DNA of 64,000 nt from Cyanobacteria bacterium auto_48_18 (GCA_036170915.1 JAVHQC010000029.1:32001-96000), one strand, 5' to 3'. Shown: positions 30,050-40,514, counted from the stretch's first letter. A program made the numbers and translations. Notes: generated by a model not told the origin, from the sequence alone.

Positions 30050-31078
30050 ATGTCGACCAAGAGTGCCCAGCTGGCATGCATACGCGCAAAACACAGCTAC
30101 CAACTGGCTCTGGCATTGTCTCTTGTGTTTTCCACAGCCGCTGCATTCCACCTGCAATCGGCAGGCGCCGCAGAGCCCCTAAAACTGTCTGACCCTGAAG
30201 TTTTAGATATGAGAGACATAAAAGCGGCGAAAAAGGCTGAGAAAGAGGAAGAAAAGGCCGAAAAAAAGGCAGCCAAAGAACTTGCAAAAACAGCTGGCAA
30301 GCAGAATGCTGTAAAACAAGACAAAGCTGCAAAACCCGTCAAGATGGACAAAGCCACCAAAGACCTGGGGGGCGCAAACGCCAGCGACACCAACAAACAC
30401 GCTATTCCGCTCAAAGCAGTAAGCGCCCGGCAGGCAAAGCAAAATGCCGAAGCGGCAGATGCGATTAACAAAGTTCCAGGCATGAATATCCAGGCCAAAG
30501 ATTTAGAGCCACCAGCCGAAGATCCAGAAATCAAAGGTTTCCATCCGATTAAAAAATTACTTGCGCCGGTAATCAGGCTAGGCAAAGGTGCTGTGCAGAT
30601 GCAACAGCAAATGATGAAGCTGGAAGGTCCAGTCGGTGCACTACAACCGGCTATGGTCAGTTTGCAAGGTAAGCTGCAGCAAGTCGATGATCGCGTTCAA
30701 ACACTTACCGTCAATATGATTTCGATGGATGGCAAGGTAATTAAAGTAAGCCAAGAAATGACCGGTATCAAGCAAGAACTGGGCGAAATGCGCAGCGATG
30801 TAGGCGGCTTGAGAAAACCCTTGCAATCAGTGCTGGAGCCTCTCGCTGATGTGAGAGGACCACTAGAAGAGGTGCGCGGCGCCCTCACAGACATGCACAC
30901 CATGATGACGGCAGCTTTGTTTGGCATTATCGCCCTGACGTTGGGCATTATTTTTGGTACACCATTTGCCGCTCTTTATGTTTACGTCAACAGACGCAAA
31001 TTTTTCCCTGACATGAAAGACAGTGAATTTCCGGTTGTTAACTCAAACAACAAAGAGGCGGCCGCCAGCCGCCGCTAA
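30050..31078 (+). CDS. Exported coiled-coil protein with a C-terminal membrane anchor
   Basis: Signal peptide, Lys/Ala/Glu-rich region, heptad-like segment and TM helix AALFGIIALTLGIIFG. GGAG RBS upstream. Confidence 0.75.
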   Translation: MSTKSAQLACIRAKHSYQLALALSLVFSTAAAFHLQSAGAAEPLKLSDPEVLDMRDIKAAKKAEKEEEKAEKKAAKELAKTAGKQNAVKQDKAAKPVKMDKATKDLGGANASDTNKHAIPLKAVSARQAKQNAEAADAINKVPGMNIQAKDLEPPAEDPEIKGFHPIKKLLAPVIRLGKGAVQMQQQMMKLEGPVGALQPAMVSLQGKLQQVDDRVQTLTVNMISMDGKVIKVSQEMTGIKQELGEMRSDVGGLRKPLQSVLEPLADVRGPLEEVRGALTDMHTMMTAALFGIIALTLGIIFGTPFAALYVYVNRRKFFPDMKDSEFPVVNSNNKEAAASRR

Positions 31079-31087
31079 TCAAAGTAC

Positions 31088-31657
31088 TTACTTTTCGTCG
31101 GCAGCATGGGGCGTAATGGTCCATTTGGACGCAGAGTCAGGGCGGCTGACCTTTTTCATTTCACAATTGTGTATATGAGGAAATTCGAGTTGCAGAACTT
31201 TGGCCACTACGTGCCAAACTCCTCCATGGGCCACAATTAATACCGGGCCATCCATAGCCAGTGCTTGTTGTAAGCCTCGATTGACACGCATGCCAAATTC
31301 TAGCTGTGACTCGCCGCCGGGTGGGTTAGACGAAGGGTCGTAAAGACTGGGAAGTTCGCTCCAGGCTCGCTTTTCCCACTCCCCCAGATGCCATTCGGCG
31401 AGCAAATCCACCGTCACCAGTGGTGCTTGCAAAACCTGGCTCAGCGCCTGAGCCGTTTGCTGGGCGCGCACAAGCGGACTGACACAAATGGTTTTGACAT
31501 CATGACAGAGTTGAATGGCCGGGCTTTCGGCCAGAGCCTTTGCTTGAGCCAAACCTGTGGCATTAAGTTCGATGTCCCAGCCCGAGCCGGCAGCCAGATT
31601 GCCGAGATTGGCATCGGTCTCACCATGCCTGACGAAATAAAAATGCTCTTCTGCCAT
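31088..31657 (-). CDS. Histidine phosphatase (phosphoglycerate mutase) family protein
   Basis: VRHGET, SPLVRAQQTA, E..LGEWE, PPGGES and VAHGG. Confidence 0.9.
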   Translation of the reverse strand: MAEEHFYFVRHGETDANLGNLAAGSGWDIELNATGLAQAKALAESPAIQLCHDVKTICVSPLVRAQQTAQALSQVLQAPLVTVDLLAEWHLGEWEKRAWSELPSLYDPSSNPPGGESQLEFGMRVNRGLQQALAMDGPVLIVAHGGVWHVVAKVLQLEFPHIHNCEMKKVSRPDSASKWTITPHAADEK

Positions 31658-31741
31658 ACCAACTCCTGTTCACTGTAGCAATGTTATCTCAAGAGACGAA
31701 AAGCCACATCGAAATAATCGATACTGTGAGAAGCTGTACAA

Positions 31742-33091
31742 ATGTTTTCAGAGAATCAGACAGAGAAAATAGCGATTATCGGTGCTGGGCCGGTGGGCAT
31801 AAGCGCCGCTCGCGCTCTTAAAATCAGCGGCATTGAATACGATCAATTTGAGGCGGAAAGCGACCTTGGAGGCAACTGGCGCCATGGTGTTTATAAAACC
31901 GCACACATAATTTCGTCACGTAAAACCACTGAATTTCCTGATTTCCCCATGCCTGACGACTATCCTGATTTTCCCAGTGCCGCGCAAATGCTCGCTTATC
32001 TTGATAATTACGCCGCGCATTATTCATTGCGCGAAAATATCAATTTTAATTATCGCGTAGAAAAAGTGAGCCCCGAAGGCAACGGTTGGCGGCTTGTATT
32101 CGCCAATGGTGAAAACCGCTTTTACGGCGGAGTGGTAATTTGCAACGGGCACCACTGGTCACGGCGCTGGCCGCACTATGACGGAAAATTTAGCGGCGAG
32201 ATCATTCACTCAAAAGATTACAAAGATCCAGAACAATTAAGAGACAAAAAAGTTCTCGTCATCGGTGGTGGCAATTCAGCTTGTGACATTGCTGCTGAAG
32301 CGGCACGGGTAGCTAAAAGCGCTCACTTGAGCTTGCGCCGCGGTTACTGGTTTTTACCAAAAACAGTCTTTGGCAAACCCACTGCAGAGCTTCTCACCAC
32401 TGCCATGCCTGTGTGGATGCAACGCATTTACATTGCCATACTTTTAAAAATTGTACTGGGTGATTATCGCCAATACGGGCTGGCCAAGCCAGACCACAAG
32501 ATTTTCGAGAAGCACCCGACAATCAACACTGAGTTATTGCACTATCTAAAGCACGGCAAAATTACACCACATTCAGATATAAAACAGTTTGATGGTAATA
32601 GTGTTGAGTTTATCGACGGCAGTAAAGAAAATTTTGACCTGATTGTTTGCGGTACCGGATTCAACGTCTCCATACCCTTCTTAGAGCCAGGGCTGGTGAC
32701 CATTGACGGCGCTGTAGTCAAGGCACAGTGGGGTATGGTGGCACCGCGGCATAAACAACTTTATCTTTATGGCTGGGGGCAAGTGCGTTATGGTTTCGGA
32801 CCGCTGCTCACACCAGCATCTGAACTTTTAGCAAAACTGATATTGCTGCAAAGGCGCCTGCGTAATCCACTTGGTGAAATTCTCGCAAGAATCAGGCAAC
32901 CGCTGCCGCAAAGCCATTTGATTGATCCGATGCAGGCACTAAGACAAATCAAGCTTGCCGATGCCACGCTCTGGTTGCTACCTTTCGTAGACAAATATTT
33001 GATGAGCAAGCCAGCGCTCAAGACAGAAGCGAACAACCAGAAACCCAATCGCATTCAGTTAGAATCAGAGCCGGCACCAGGTAATGATTGA
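31742..33091 (+). CDS. Flavin-containing monooxygenase (class B)
   Basis: GAGPVG, GGNW, FSGEIIHSKDYK (FMO fingerprint), GGGNSA and CGTGF. Confidence 0.92.
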   Translation: MFSENQTEKIAIIGAGPVGISAARALKISGIEYDQFEAESDLGGNWRHGVYKTAHIISSRKTTEFPDFPMPDDYPDFPSAAQMLAYLDNYAAHYSLRENINFNYRVEKVSPEGNGWRLVFANGENRFYGGVVICNGHHWSRRWPHYDGKFSGEIIHSKDYKDPEQLRDKKVLVIGGGNSACDIAAEAARVAKSAHLSLRRGYWFLPKTVFGKPTAELLTTAMPVWMQRIYIAILLKIVLGDYRQYGLAKPDHKIFEKHPTINTELLHYLKHGKITPHSDIKQFDGNSVEFIDGSKENFDLIVCGTGFNVSIPFLEPGLVTIDGAVVKAQWGMVAPRHKQLYLYGWGQVRYGFGPLLTPASELLAKLILLQRRLRNPLGEILARIRQPLPQSHLIDPMQALRQIKLADATLWLLPFVDKYLMSKPALKTEANNQKPNRIQLESEPAPGND

Positions 33092-33930
33092 TCAATTTGA
33101 ACCAGACGACGCTCTGCTTCACGAGTGATAAAACGCCAAAATTTTTGCGGTAAAAATCTTTTGAATCGCCAGAGGAAACGCGCCTCGTCTGGCAGCACCA
33201 CATATAGTGCGCCACTGGCCATGGCATCGAGAGTGGCCCTGGCGACGTAATCAGGTTCTAGCTGTGAACGCTTGACCAATTCTTGGGCACGTAAATTATA
33301 AAGCTCCGGCCCCAGGCTGCAAACTCCGATATTAGTGCGCACGTACGAGGGCATCAGAACGGTGACCAACAAATTATGCGCTTGCAATTCGCCCCTGAGA
33401 GTTTCACTAAGCGAAAGCACGGCGGCTTTAGAAGCATTGTAGGCGCTCATATTAGGAGCGCTGGCAAAAGCAGCCGCACTGGCAATGTTCAAAATATGAC
33501 CCGACTTTTGAGCCTTCATTACCGGCACGAAACAATGACAGCCGTACACGGTGCCCATCAAATTAATGTCAATTACTTTCTTAAACGTATCTACAGAAAT
33601 TTCGTCAATGCCACCGCCGCAGCCAATACCAGCACTGTTGATGGCTACATCGATGCCATCATACTTTTTGCAAAAATTCTGCACAGCATTTCTAAACTTC
33701 TTACTATCGCTGACGTCAAATGTATAAACAGTAGCTTCAACACCAGCGGTGCCAATAGCTTCAGCAGCGGCCAATAAACTGCCTTCGTCAATGTCGGCCA
33801 GGCCCAGCTTCCACCCGTCGCTGGCGAGAAGCCTGGCAAAGGCCAAACCCAGGCCACTGGCGGCACCAGTTATGAATGCACGCTTAGCAGGATACCGCCG
33901 GCTAAAATATTGCAAGTTCGAATCAGGCAA
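33055..33930 (-). CDS. Short-chain dehydrogenase/reductase
   Basis: TGAASGLG, INSAG, NIASAA and catalytic YNASK. Confidence 0.92.
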   Translation of the reverse strand: MPDSNLQYFSRRYPAKRAFITGAASGLGLAFARLLASDGWKLGLADIDEGSLLAAAEAIGTAGVEATVYTFDVSDSKKFRNAVQNFCKKYDGIDVAINSAGIGCGGGIDEISVDTFKKVIDINLMGTVYGCHCFVPVMKAQKSGHILNIASAAAFASAPNMSAYNASKAAVLSLSETLRGELQAHNLLVTVLMPSYVRTNIGVCSLGPELYNLRAQELVKRSQLEPDYVARATLDAMASGALYVVLPDEARFLWRFKRFLPQKFWRFITREAERRLVQIDQSLPGAGSDSN

Positions 33931-35257
33931 GGCTCTTTTCCATATCTTCTAAACTAACACCTTTGGTTTCGGGGAAAATAAACCAGACTAAGAAAAACTG
34001 CACCACCATCATCAGTGCAAAAAAGGCAAAGGGGTATCCACCCGACGATTTAGCCAGAACAGGAAAGAGGGCTGAAATCAAAGCGTTCATAATCCAGTGT
34101 GAAGAACTGCCCAGCGCCTGGCCCTTAGCACGCACAGGTGTGGGAAAAATTTCGCTCAGATATACCCATATAACAGCACCCTGTGAAAAAGAAAAGAAGG
34201 CAATGTATGCCACCAGCAGCCAAATCAAAAGCGACTGGTGCTGCCCCATGAAAAATATTGCCGCTACGCCTGCCAGGCAGAGCGCACACCCGACGGAGCC
34301 CACTAGCAGCAAAGTGCGCCGACCCAGACGGTCAATCACAGCCATTGCAACTAACACAGCTAACAGGTTGGTGAAGCCGATCATCACTGCCTGGAGGTCA
34401 CTAGACATTTTACCGAAACCAGCTTTCTCGAAAATATCATTGAGATAATAAAGAATGGCATTGATGCCCGAGAGCTGATTAAAGGCACCAATAGTAATGG
34501 CAAGAAAAATCGGCAACTTATATTTTTTCTGAAATAGAGGCTCATTAGGAAGCGCATGCTCAGCCTTTATGCTGGCAACAATATCTTGCAGTTCCTGCTC
34601 ATAGTCGGCCACTCCAGTCTTTTGCAAAACGCCACGCGCCTCATCAATCTGGTTACGCCTGGCCAACCAGCGTGGGCTTCTGGGAATAGAAAAAAGCATG
34701 ATCAAAAACAAAATGGCAGGAACGGCTGAGACGCCTAACTTCCATCGCCATTCAGCTTCACCTAAGGGCAATGTGCCCAGCAAATAGTTGGAGAAATATG
34801 CCAGTAAAATGCCGACCACTACATTGATTTGAAAAAGTCCAACGAGCCGTCCGCGCCATTTTGCTGGTGCCAATTCGGCAATATAAACCGGGCCTAAAAC
34901 CGACGAACAACCAATACCAAGACCACCAATGAAACGAAAAACAATGAGCGAATACCAGTCCCAGGCGAAGGCACAACCAAGGGCCGATACCACATATAAA
35001 AAGGCCGCTACCCGCAGTGTTTCTCTGGCACCATATTTTTCGCCGGGCACTCCCGACATCATGGCCGCCACCACGGTGCCCCAGAGGGCAGCAGAAACAG
35101 TGAAACCAAGGGCGGTGGCAGTAAGTTGATATTCAGCAGTTAGTGCGCTTGTAGCACCGGCAATTACAGCCGTATCAAAGCCAAAAAGGAGACCACCAAG
35201 AGCGCCTACCAGACTACTTTTGAATAAATAGAGGTATGGTTTAAGCTCCACTGGCAT
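33923..35257 (-). CDS. Sugar-porter family MFS transporter (XylE/GalP-like)
   Basis: GGLLFGFDTAVI, YIAELAPAKWRGRL, PRSPRWL, QLSGINAILYY, DRLGRR and PETKG. Confidence 0.93.
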   Translation of the reverse strand: MPVELKPYLYLFKSSLVGALGGLLFGFDTAVIAGATSALTAEYQLTATALGFTVSAALWGTVVAAMMSGVPGEKYGARETLRVAAFLYVVSALGCAFAWDWYSLIVFRFIGGLGIGCSSVLGPVYIAELAPAKWRGRLVGLFQINVVVGILLAYFSNYLLGTLPLGEAEWRWKLGVSAVPAILFLIMLFSIPRSPRWLARRNQIDEARGVLQKTGVADYEQELQDIVASIKAEHALPNEPLFQKKYKLPIFLAITIGAFNQLSGINAILYYLNDIFEKAGFGKMSSDLQAVMIGFTNLLAVLVAMAVIDRLGRRTLLLVGSVGCALCLAGVAAIFFMGQHQSLLIWLLVAYIAFFSFSQGAVIWVYLSEIFPTPVRAKGQALGSSSHWIMNALISALFPVLAKSSGGYPFAFFALMMVVQFFLVWFIFPETKGVSLEDMEKSLA

Positions 35258-35266
35258 CCCTAAATT

Positions 35267-36286
35267 TTATTTTGCAGCAGCGCGGTATGCCTTTAACCAA
35301 ACGTCTATTTTGTAATCGTCGGTGTCAAGAAACTTGCCAGGCGTCCCGCCTGCTCCCCATGGTGGCTGGGTGCCATCATGTTTGTTATAAGCCCAGGCTG
35401 TCATACCGGCTGCCTCTGTCGGTTTAAGCTTACCACTAGCCAGGGCCGAGCCTACCATAGCAGTAAAGTAGCCACTGCGCACATCACCAGGGTTCTTGTC
35501 AGGATCATCAAGGTAGCGCGTGGCTTTGTCGGCAATAAATTTGCCGCTGTTATAGGCCACAAGCAACACTTCACGGTGATGGTGCGTGATTGTATTATTG
35601 GCATCAACATCGGTGACATTGCTATTGAAACCCTCGCCGCCCTTGCCGGCAATCAAGCGGTGATAGGTACGCTCAAGAGCGGAGCCGGCAGGGTTAACCC
35701 CGCCTCCTGCCAAACTGCGACCAAGATCTTGCTTAAAACCGAGAGCATGCTCAGAAAAAACCAGACCAACATAGTCGCGATAAAGCTCACCTGGCGTAGG
35801 TTGAAAAATGTTCCAGCTGTCTGGTTTACGACCGTTGGCCTCAGCCAGTCGCGCGGCATTTTTTAGATTATTGGTCATGTAATCAGCAGGAGTTGTCTTG
35901 CCATCTGCCAGATTATTCAATTCGCGCATAGTAAAGCGGTACATCTCTTTTTGATCGCTGCTCATATGCTCGATTTGCCATTTTTGCGCATCATCTAAAG
36001 GCTTTGCGCCTGTGCGCTTGGCAAGTTTGTCGAAATCAGCAAATAAGGCCTTATCTTCAGGAGTGGTAGCAAACTTAGCCTCAAGAGCTGCATAGCCAGA
36101 CTCTAAGGCCTGGCCGACCTCTAATGTAGGAAAGCCATTGGCCTTTAAAGTCAGAGCTGCAGCTTCATTTTCTTTTGGCAACTGCTGCTTGACGTCATTT
36201 TTTGAAGCGAGCACGTTGTCACTAAAATCAGCGGCCGTGCCGCCAGACTGTTTCTCAGTTGCTGCTTCTTTGATTAAATCTGCCAT
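35267..36286 (-). CDS. Hypothetical protein
   Basis: Long ORF co-oriented with the MFS gene, 9 bp upstream of it. No family recognised with confidence. Confidence 0.75.
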   Translation of the reverse strand: MADLIKEAATEKQSGGTAADFSDNVLASKNDVKQQLPKENEAAALTLKANGFPTLEVGQALESGYAALEAKFATTPEDKALFADFDKLAKRTGAKPLDDAQKWQIEHMSSDQKEMYRFTMRELNNLADGKTTPADYMTNNLKNAARLAEANGRKPDSWNIFQPTPGELYRDYVGLVFSEHALGFKQDLGRSLAGGGVNPAGSALERTYHRLIAGKGGEGFNSNVTDVDANNTITHHHREVLLVAYNSGKFIADKATRYLDDPDKNPGDVRSGYFTAMVGSALASGKLKPTEAAGMTAWAYNKHDGTQPPWGAGGTPGKFLDTDDYKIDVWLKAYRAAAK

Positions 36287-36415
36287 CGAGAATTCCATTT
36301 GGTAAAGGTTCAAGCTGTGAAAGCTTTATACCCAACACTTTGGCACTTTTAAATCAGTCGCCCGTCCTTAGCCGAGTTGATACATTAAGGCAGAACAAAT
36401 TGAGGTTGACGAAAA

Positions 36416-37243
36416 ATGGCACAACAGCAGCAACGCGGCTTTTCTCTAAGTCCACGCCTTTTAATTGCTTTAGCTATTGCGGCCTTTTCGCTTATCACCT
36501 ATTTCAGCAAAAGTGTCTATAACCCGGTGACAGAGCAAAAGCAACGCGTTGACATGACGCCGCGGCAAGAAATTGCCCTGGGCCTGCAGGCGGCTCCGCA
36601 AATGGCCCGCCAGCACGGCGGAGAGTCTGACGATCCGGAGGGTCGAGCCGCAGTTGAGCAGGTTGGCAACGACCTGATCACTAAAACTGATGCCGGTAAA
36701 TCGCCTTACAAATTTGATTTTCACCTGCTGGCCGACGACAAAACTGTTAACGCCTTTGCCCTGCCCGGCGGACAAATTTTTCTGACCGAGGGTCTCTACA
36801 AATTGCTGAGCACCAAAGGTGAATTGGCTGGAGTGCTTGCACATGAAGTCGGCCACGTAGTCGCTCGCCACTCAGCCCAGCAAGTAGCAAAACAACAATT
36901 GACTCAGGGTTTGACTGGTGCAGCGGTGATTGCCGCTTACGATCCCAATGATCGCAACAGCAGTACCGCCACCATGGCCATGCTCATTGGCCAGGTAGTT
37001 TCTATGAAATTTGGGCGCGGCGACGAACTAGAATCCGACCGCCTTGGCGTGCGCTTCACGTCGCAAGCTGGTTATGACCCAAGGGCTATGCTCAAAGTGA
37101 TGGTGATTTTGGGCAAGGCGGCCAAAACACGCACTCCTGAATTTTTCAGCACGCACCCTAATCCTGAAAATAGAATCAAAAAAATCGAAGCCGAAATTGT
37201 GGAAAAATTTCCTCAGGGTGTGCCGGCCGGTTTAATTCAATAG
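36416..37243 (+). CDS. M48-family zinc metallopeptidase
   Basis: N-terminal TM, VNAFALPGG, HEVGH, ELESD and FSTHP. Confidence 0.92.
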   Translation: MAQQQQRGFSLSPRLLIALAIAAFSLITYFSKSVYNPVTEQKQRVDMTPRQEIALGLQAAPQMARQHGGESDDPEGRAAVEQVGNDLITKTDAGKSPYKFDFHLLADDKTVNAFALPGGQIFLTEGLYKLLSTKGELAGVLAHEVGHVVARHSAQQVAKQQLTQGLTGAAVIAAYDPNDRNSSTATMAMLIGQVVSMKFGRGDELESDRLGVRFTSQAGYDPRAMLKVMVILGKAAKTRTPEFFSTHPNPENRIKKIEAEIVEKFPQGVPAGLIQ

Positions 37244-38401
37244 CTATTTTAGTGCCTTCGCTCTGGTGACGGCATCAAGCAAAGCGTTCTTCAAACCGAC
37301 TTCTAATAGTTGCGAAAAACGCATACTGTTGACGATGTCTTCCTTAGCACCGCGAGCGACTAGAGTATTATCCAGGCGATCGATTAATTCGTCGCCCTCA
37401 GGCGCCTGGCCAACAGTGAGAAATGAAATAATCATTTCGTCATTGTCTTTCAATACCGCCGTCGCTCTGGCAATCAGCTTATCAAGCGAGCCGCCCTGAT
37501 TGGGCAAGCCATCGGTCAGCACCACTATTAATACCGGTTTTTTACGGTGATCAGGATCTTTCAAATGCGCATCGATAACTGCCGACAGCGGTGAATAAAT
37601 ATCGGTCTCGCCACTAGGCACCACATTGTTGAAAATTTCTTCAATGTCTTTGTGAGTAGCAAACTTTTTTATGACAAAGGTATCGTTGAAGGGAACAATG
37701 GTGAGGCCGCCGGTGAGGCGATTGCCAACAAAGTTGGAGAAGTCACTTATTTGACTGCGGCACCACCCCCAGCGAGAAGTATCGAATGGGCCAATTCCCA
37801 GGCCACCATTCATTGAGCCCGAATGATCAATCAGCAAGATCACTTCATAAGGCGCCAGGGCTTTGAAAAACTTCTGGCTGTCGGGCGTTTGAATTTGATT
37901 TTGATTTTGATTTTGTGAGGCTTGAGCGGTAAGTTTGGTCGAGGGGCTGCTGCTTTTACTAATTGGAGGTTGCATCTGGCGATTGAGCAATTCGTCCATC
38001 TGCGCTCTTACCGCTTTCATGCGAATCTCAAGCTTTACTTGATAGCGCGCCCCCTTGCGATCAAAGGTCATAGTCAAAATGTCGCCATCGGCGCTAACAG
38101 TCAAAATGCGATCACCTTCTAAAAAACCGGCATGAGCAGCAGGTGTAGCCATACCAACTTTAGTGACTACACCGGGCAGTTTGCTATTATCGAGAGAAAG
38201 TCCGGCCGCCTGACACATCAGGGTGAGCTCGCTCACCTGGCCACGCAGACGAAGGGTGGAAGGCAAGGGTGCACTACCAGCAGTGCTAGAATTTTTTGCG
38301 CATGCAGCTGACTGTGCATAAACACCAAGACTGAATGAACACAACAACGGAAGGATTAACCGTGGCAAAAATATTCTAGCTATCAAGTTTGAGGCATTCA
38401 T
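37244..38401 (-). CDS. Secreted PDZ + von Willebrand factor A domain protein
   Basis: Signal peptide, PDZ-like (TPAAHAGFLEGDRILTV) and MIDAS motif DHSGSM...GET...LTDG. Confidence 0.8.
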   Translation of the reverse strand: MNASNLIARIFLPRLILPLLCSFSLGVYAQSAACAKNSSTAGSAPLPSTLRLRGQVSELTLMCQAAGLSLDNSKLPGVVTKVGMATPAAHAGFLEGDRILTVSADGDILTMTFDRKGARYQVKLEIRMKAVRAQMDELLNRQMQPPISKSSSPSTKLTAQASQNQNQNQIQTPDSQKFFKALAPYEVILLIDHSGSMNGGLGIGPFDTSRWGWCRSQISDFSNFVGNRLTGGLTIVPFNDTFVIKKFATHKDIEEIFNNVVPSGETDIYSPLSAVIDAHLKDPDHRKKPVLIVVLTDGLPNQGGSLDKLIARATAVLKDNDEMIISFLTVGQAPEGDELIDRLDNTLVARGAKEDIVNSMRFSQLLEVGLKNALLDAVTRAKALK

Positions 38402-38428
38402 TATTGACGACTATCCCAACTATCCCAA

Positions 38429-39220
38429 TTATCTCTGTTTGCCTGTGGTGCTGTCGCTGAGTCGTTTAGTGACGGCCATTAATGCTGCGGGCAAAGACTG
38501 AGTTTGCGTTGACGCACCGCTAATGTTGTCGTGAACCCCGCCAAAATTTTCATAGTTGCGCACATACATATTTGTGCCAACGGGAACTACTCGATTATTT
38601 CCTACGCGCGATGTCATCTGACCTTTTAAACTTTCACGCGAAGCAATAACATCCATCATTCGCTTAGTGTAATGGACCTGCAGCCCGTTGCATGATTTCT
38701 CGGCGTCTTTAATCAGGTTGGTAGTTTTGACTTCGTATGCGTCATTCAAAGACTGAACCATAAAGTCATAATCGCGATTTTCACGTTTCACGCCTCGCTG
38801 ATCAAAATAATATTTAGGCACTGCTGCAATATCATGACGCAGTTGTGTCGAATAAAACTCGATTTGGTTGCGGACCAGGTCAATTTTATTGCGCACTGCA
38901 ACGGTATATTCTTCTTGCGCGCGACCGATCATTTGTGCGCACTGGCGATCCATGGGTGCCGAAGCAGTTGAACTTGCTTGAGCTGCTTTGGCATAGCTTT
39001 CAACTAGCTCAGCGCGACTTTTGTTTTCATTGTCTACCTCAGTTTCTAAAGCTCGTAACCGACCTCGTGCTAAAGCCTGTGGGCTTTCAATGTACATGCC
39101 TTGAGGGGCCGCAAATGCCGGTAAGTTTGCCGATGAGATTATCGAGAAGATCGCCGTCGATAGACTGGCAGAGAGCATTGTCAGAAAGGTGATTGTAGAA
39201 ATGGTAAAACGCTTAGGCAT
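38429..39220 (-). CDS. Secreted coiled-coil hypothetical protein
   Basis: Signal peptide (…LPAFA), helical body and C-terminal LKGQM...VVPVGTNMYVRNYENFGG motif shared with 39287-40270. Confidence 0.75.
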   Translation of the reverse strand: MPKRFTISTITFLTMLSASLSTAIFSIISSANLPAFAAPQGMYIESPQALARGRLRALETEVDNENKSRAELVESYAKAAQASSTASAPMDRQCAQMIGRAQEEYTVAVRNKIDLVRNQIEFYSTQLRHDIAAVPKYYFDQRGVKRENRDYDFMVQSLNDAYEVKTTNLIKDAEKSCNGLQVHYTKRMMDVIASRESLKGQMTSRVGNNRVVPVGTNMYVRNYENFGGVHDNISGASTQTQSLPAALMAVTKRLSDSTTGKQR

Positions 39221-39286
39221 TGAGAAAACTACTCGTTCGGTTACTGGTCACTTACTCTTGCCAGGAATTAGGAGAGAGAGATGTAA

Positions 39287-40270
39287 TTACCTGCCCGGTC
39301 GCACGGCGCCTTTAGACCCAGACGAAGGAGCAGTTGGTTTGAGCACACCAGCCCTGGCGCGCAAACCAGGTGAGGGTGCCTCAACCGCTTTCACCTGTTC
39401 GCGATCTGACTCGAGTCCACCAAAGTTCATATAGTTGCGCACTGTCATGGTGGTGTTACTAGGCACTACCTGTGATGCTCCGACCTTCGCGCCCATTTGC
39501 CCTTTTAAATTGGCGTGGGCACTATTAAACGATTCAAGCCGCTTGACATAAGCTTCTTCCAGCGGTTTCGCGTCCGCGGCAAAATCGATTTCCAAAATCT
39601 TGATTTTATACAAAGCCTTGCGTCGCAGCTCCGTCTCAGAACCGGGTTTGGCCGCAATGTCTTCTTCTAGCTGGCGTTTAATTAGCTGTTTAGCTTGCTC
39701 CAATTCTTTGTTTTTCTCAGCAACTTTGCGCTTATGATCAGCAATAAGCTCGTTGCGCAAAGTTTCAGCTTGTTGATCGAGCTGTTTAGTGGCACCAGGC
39801 ATCGCCGCTTTTCCCGCAAGGGTTTGATCTGCTATTGAGCTTGCCTTGCCCGTGCCCGTGCCCACGCCCATATTAGGATTGCGGTTCAAGGCCTGAATCG
39901 CTTGAATACAAAAATTACTCAGCTCCTGGTCGCTGGTATATTTTAAGGCTAAATTATATTCAGCACGGGCCAGCTCTAACTGGCCAGACTTCGCTAAACA
40001 ATTAGCATAATAATAGTGAGCCAGAGCATTGCCCTTTTGACCAGACAAAATCGTTTGAAACATGGTCTGAGCTTCACCATAGCGCTCTTTCTTGTAAAGC
40101 GAGATCGCGGCATCAAAGTCAGAGGCAGGTAGTGTTTTTTTTACAGGCGGCAGATTCCAAAGCTTATCTTCTGGAGGCAACGCACCACCAGCAGTACTGC
40201 CAAAGACAAACAAAAACGGCAACACCAGAGCACAGATACACAACTTTCGGTTAAACAGCATTGCTTTCAT
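39287..40270 (-). CDS. Secreted TPR + coiled-coil protein
   Basis: Signal peptide, TPR (AHYYYANCLAKSGQLELARAEY) and C-terminal LKGQM...VVPSNTTMTVRNYMNFGG. Confidence 0.78.
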   Translation of the reverse strand: MKAMLFNRKLCICALVLPFLFVFGSTAGGALPPEDKLWNLPPVKKTLPASDFDAAISLYKKERYGEAQTMFQTILSGQKGNALAHYYYANCLAKSGQLELARAEYNLALKYTSDQELSNFCIQAIQALNRNPNMGVGTGTGKASSIADQTLAGKAAMPGATKQLDQQAETLRNELIADHKRKVAEKNKELEQAKQLIKRQLEEDIAAKPGSETELRRKALYKIKILEIDFAADAKPLEEAYVKRLESFNSAHANLKGQMGAKVGASQVVPSNTTMTVRNYMNFGGLESDREQVKAVEAPSPGLRARAGVLKPTAPSSGSKGAVRPGR

Positions 40271-40514
40271 AATCAGCTATTGAAAATCACCTATATATAT
40301 CTGTTCCCTGGTGGGCTATTAACTATGCAGCAAGAAGCCCGCGAACCGGTCAGGTACCTGATAGCAAAAGCTTGCCATACATAAAGATGGCCAACGTGTC
40401 ACAGTCTCCAGACATTTCTTGAATCATAGCCATACTGGCACTCTTCAGCCCGCCGTCTGCTATGCTTGTCTGGACTTTATTGAAACTTACTAGCAGGCAT
40501 TGCCAGTGTCTCAA

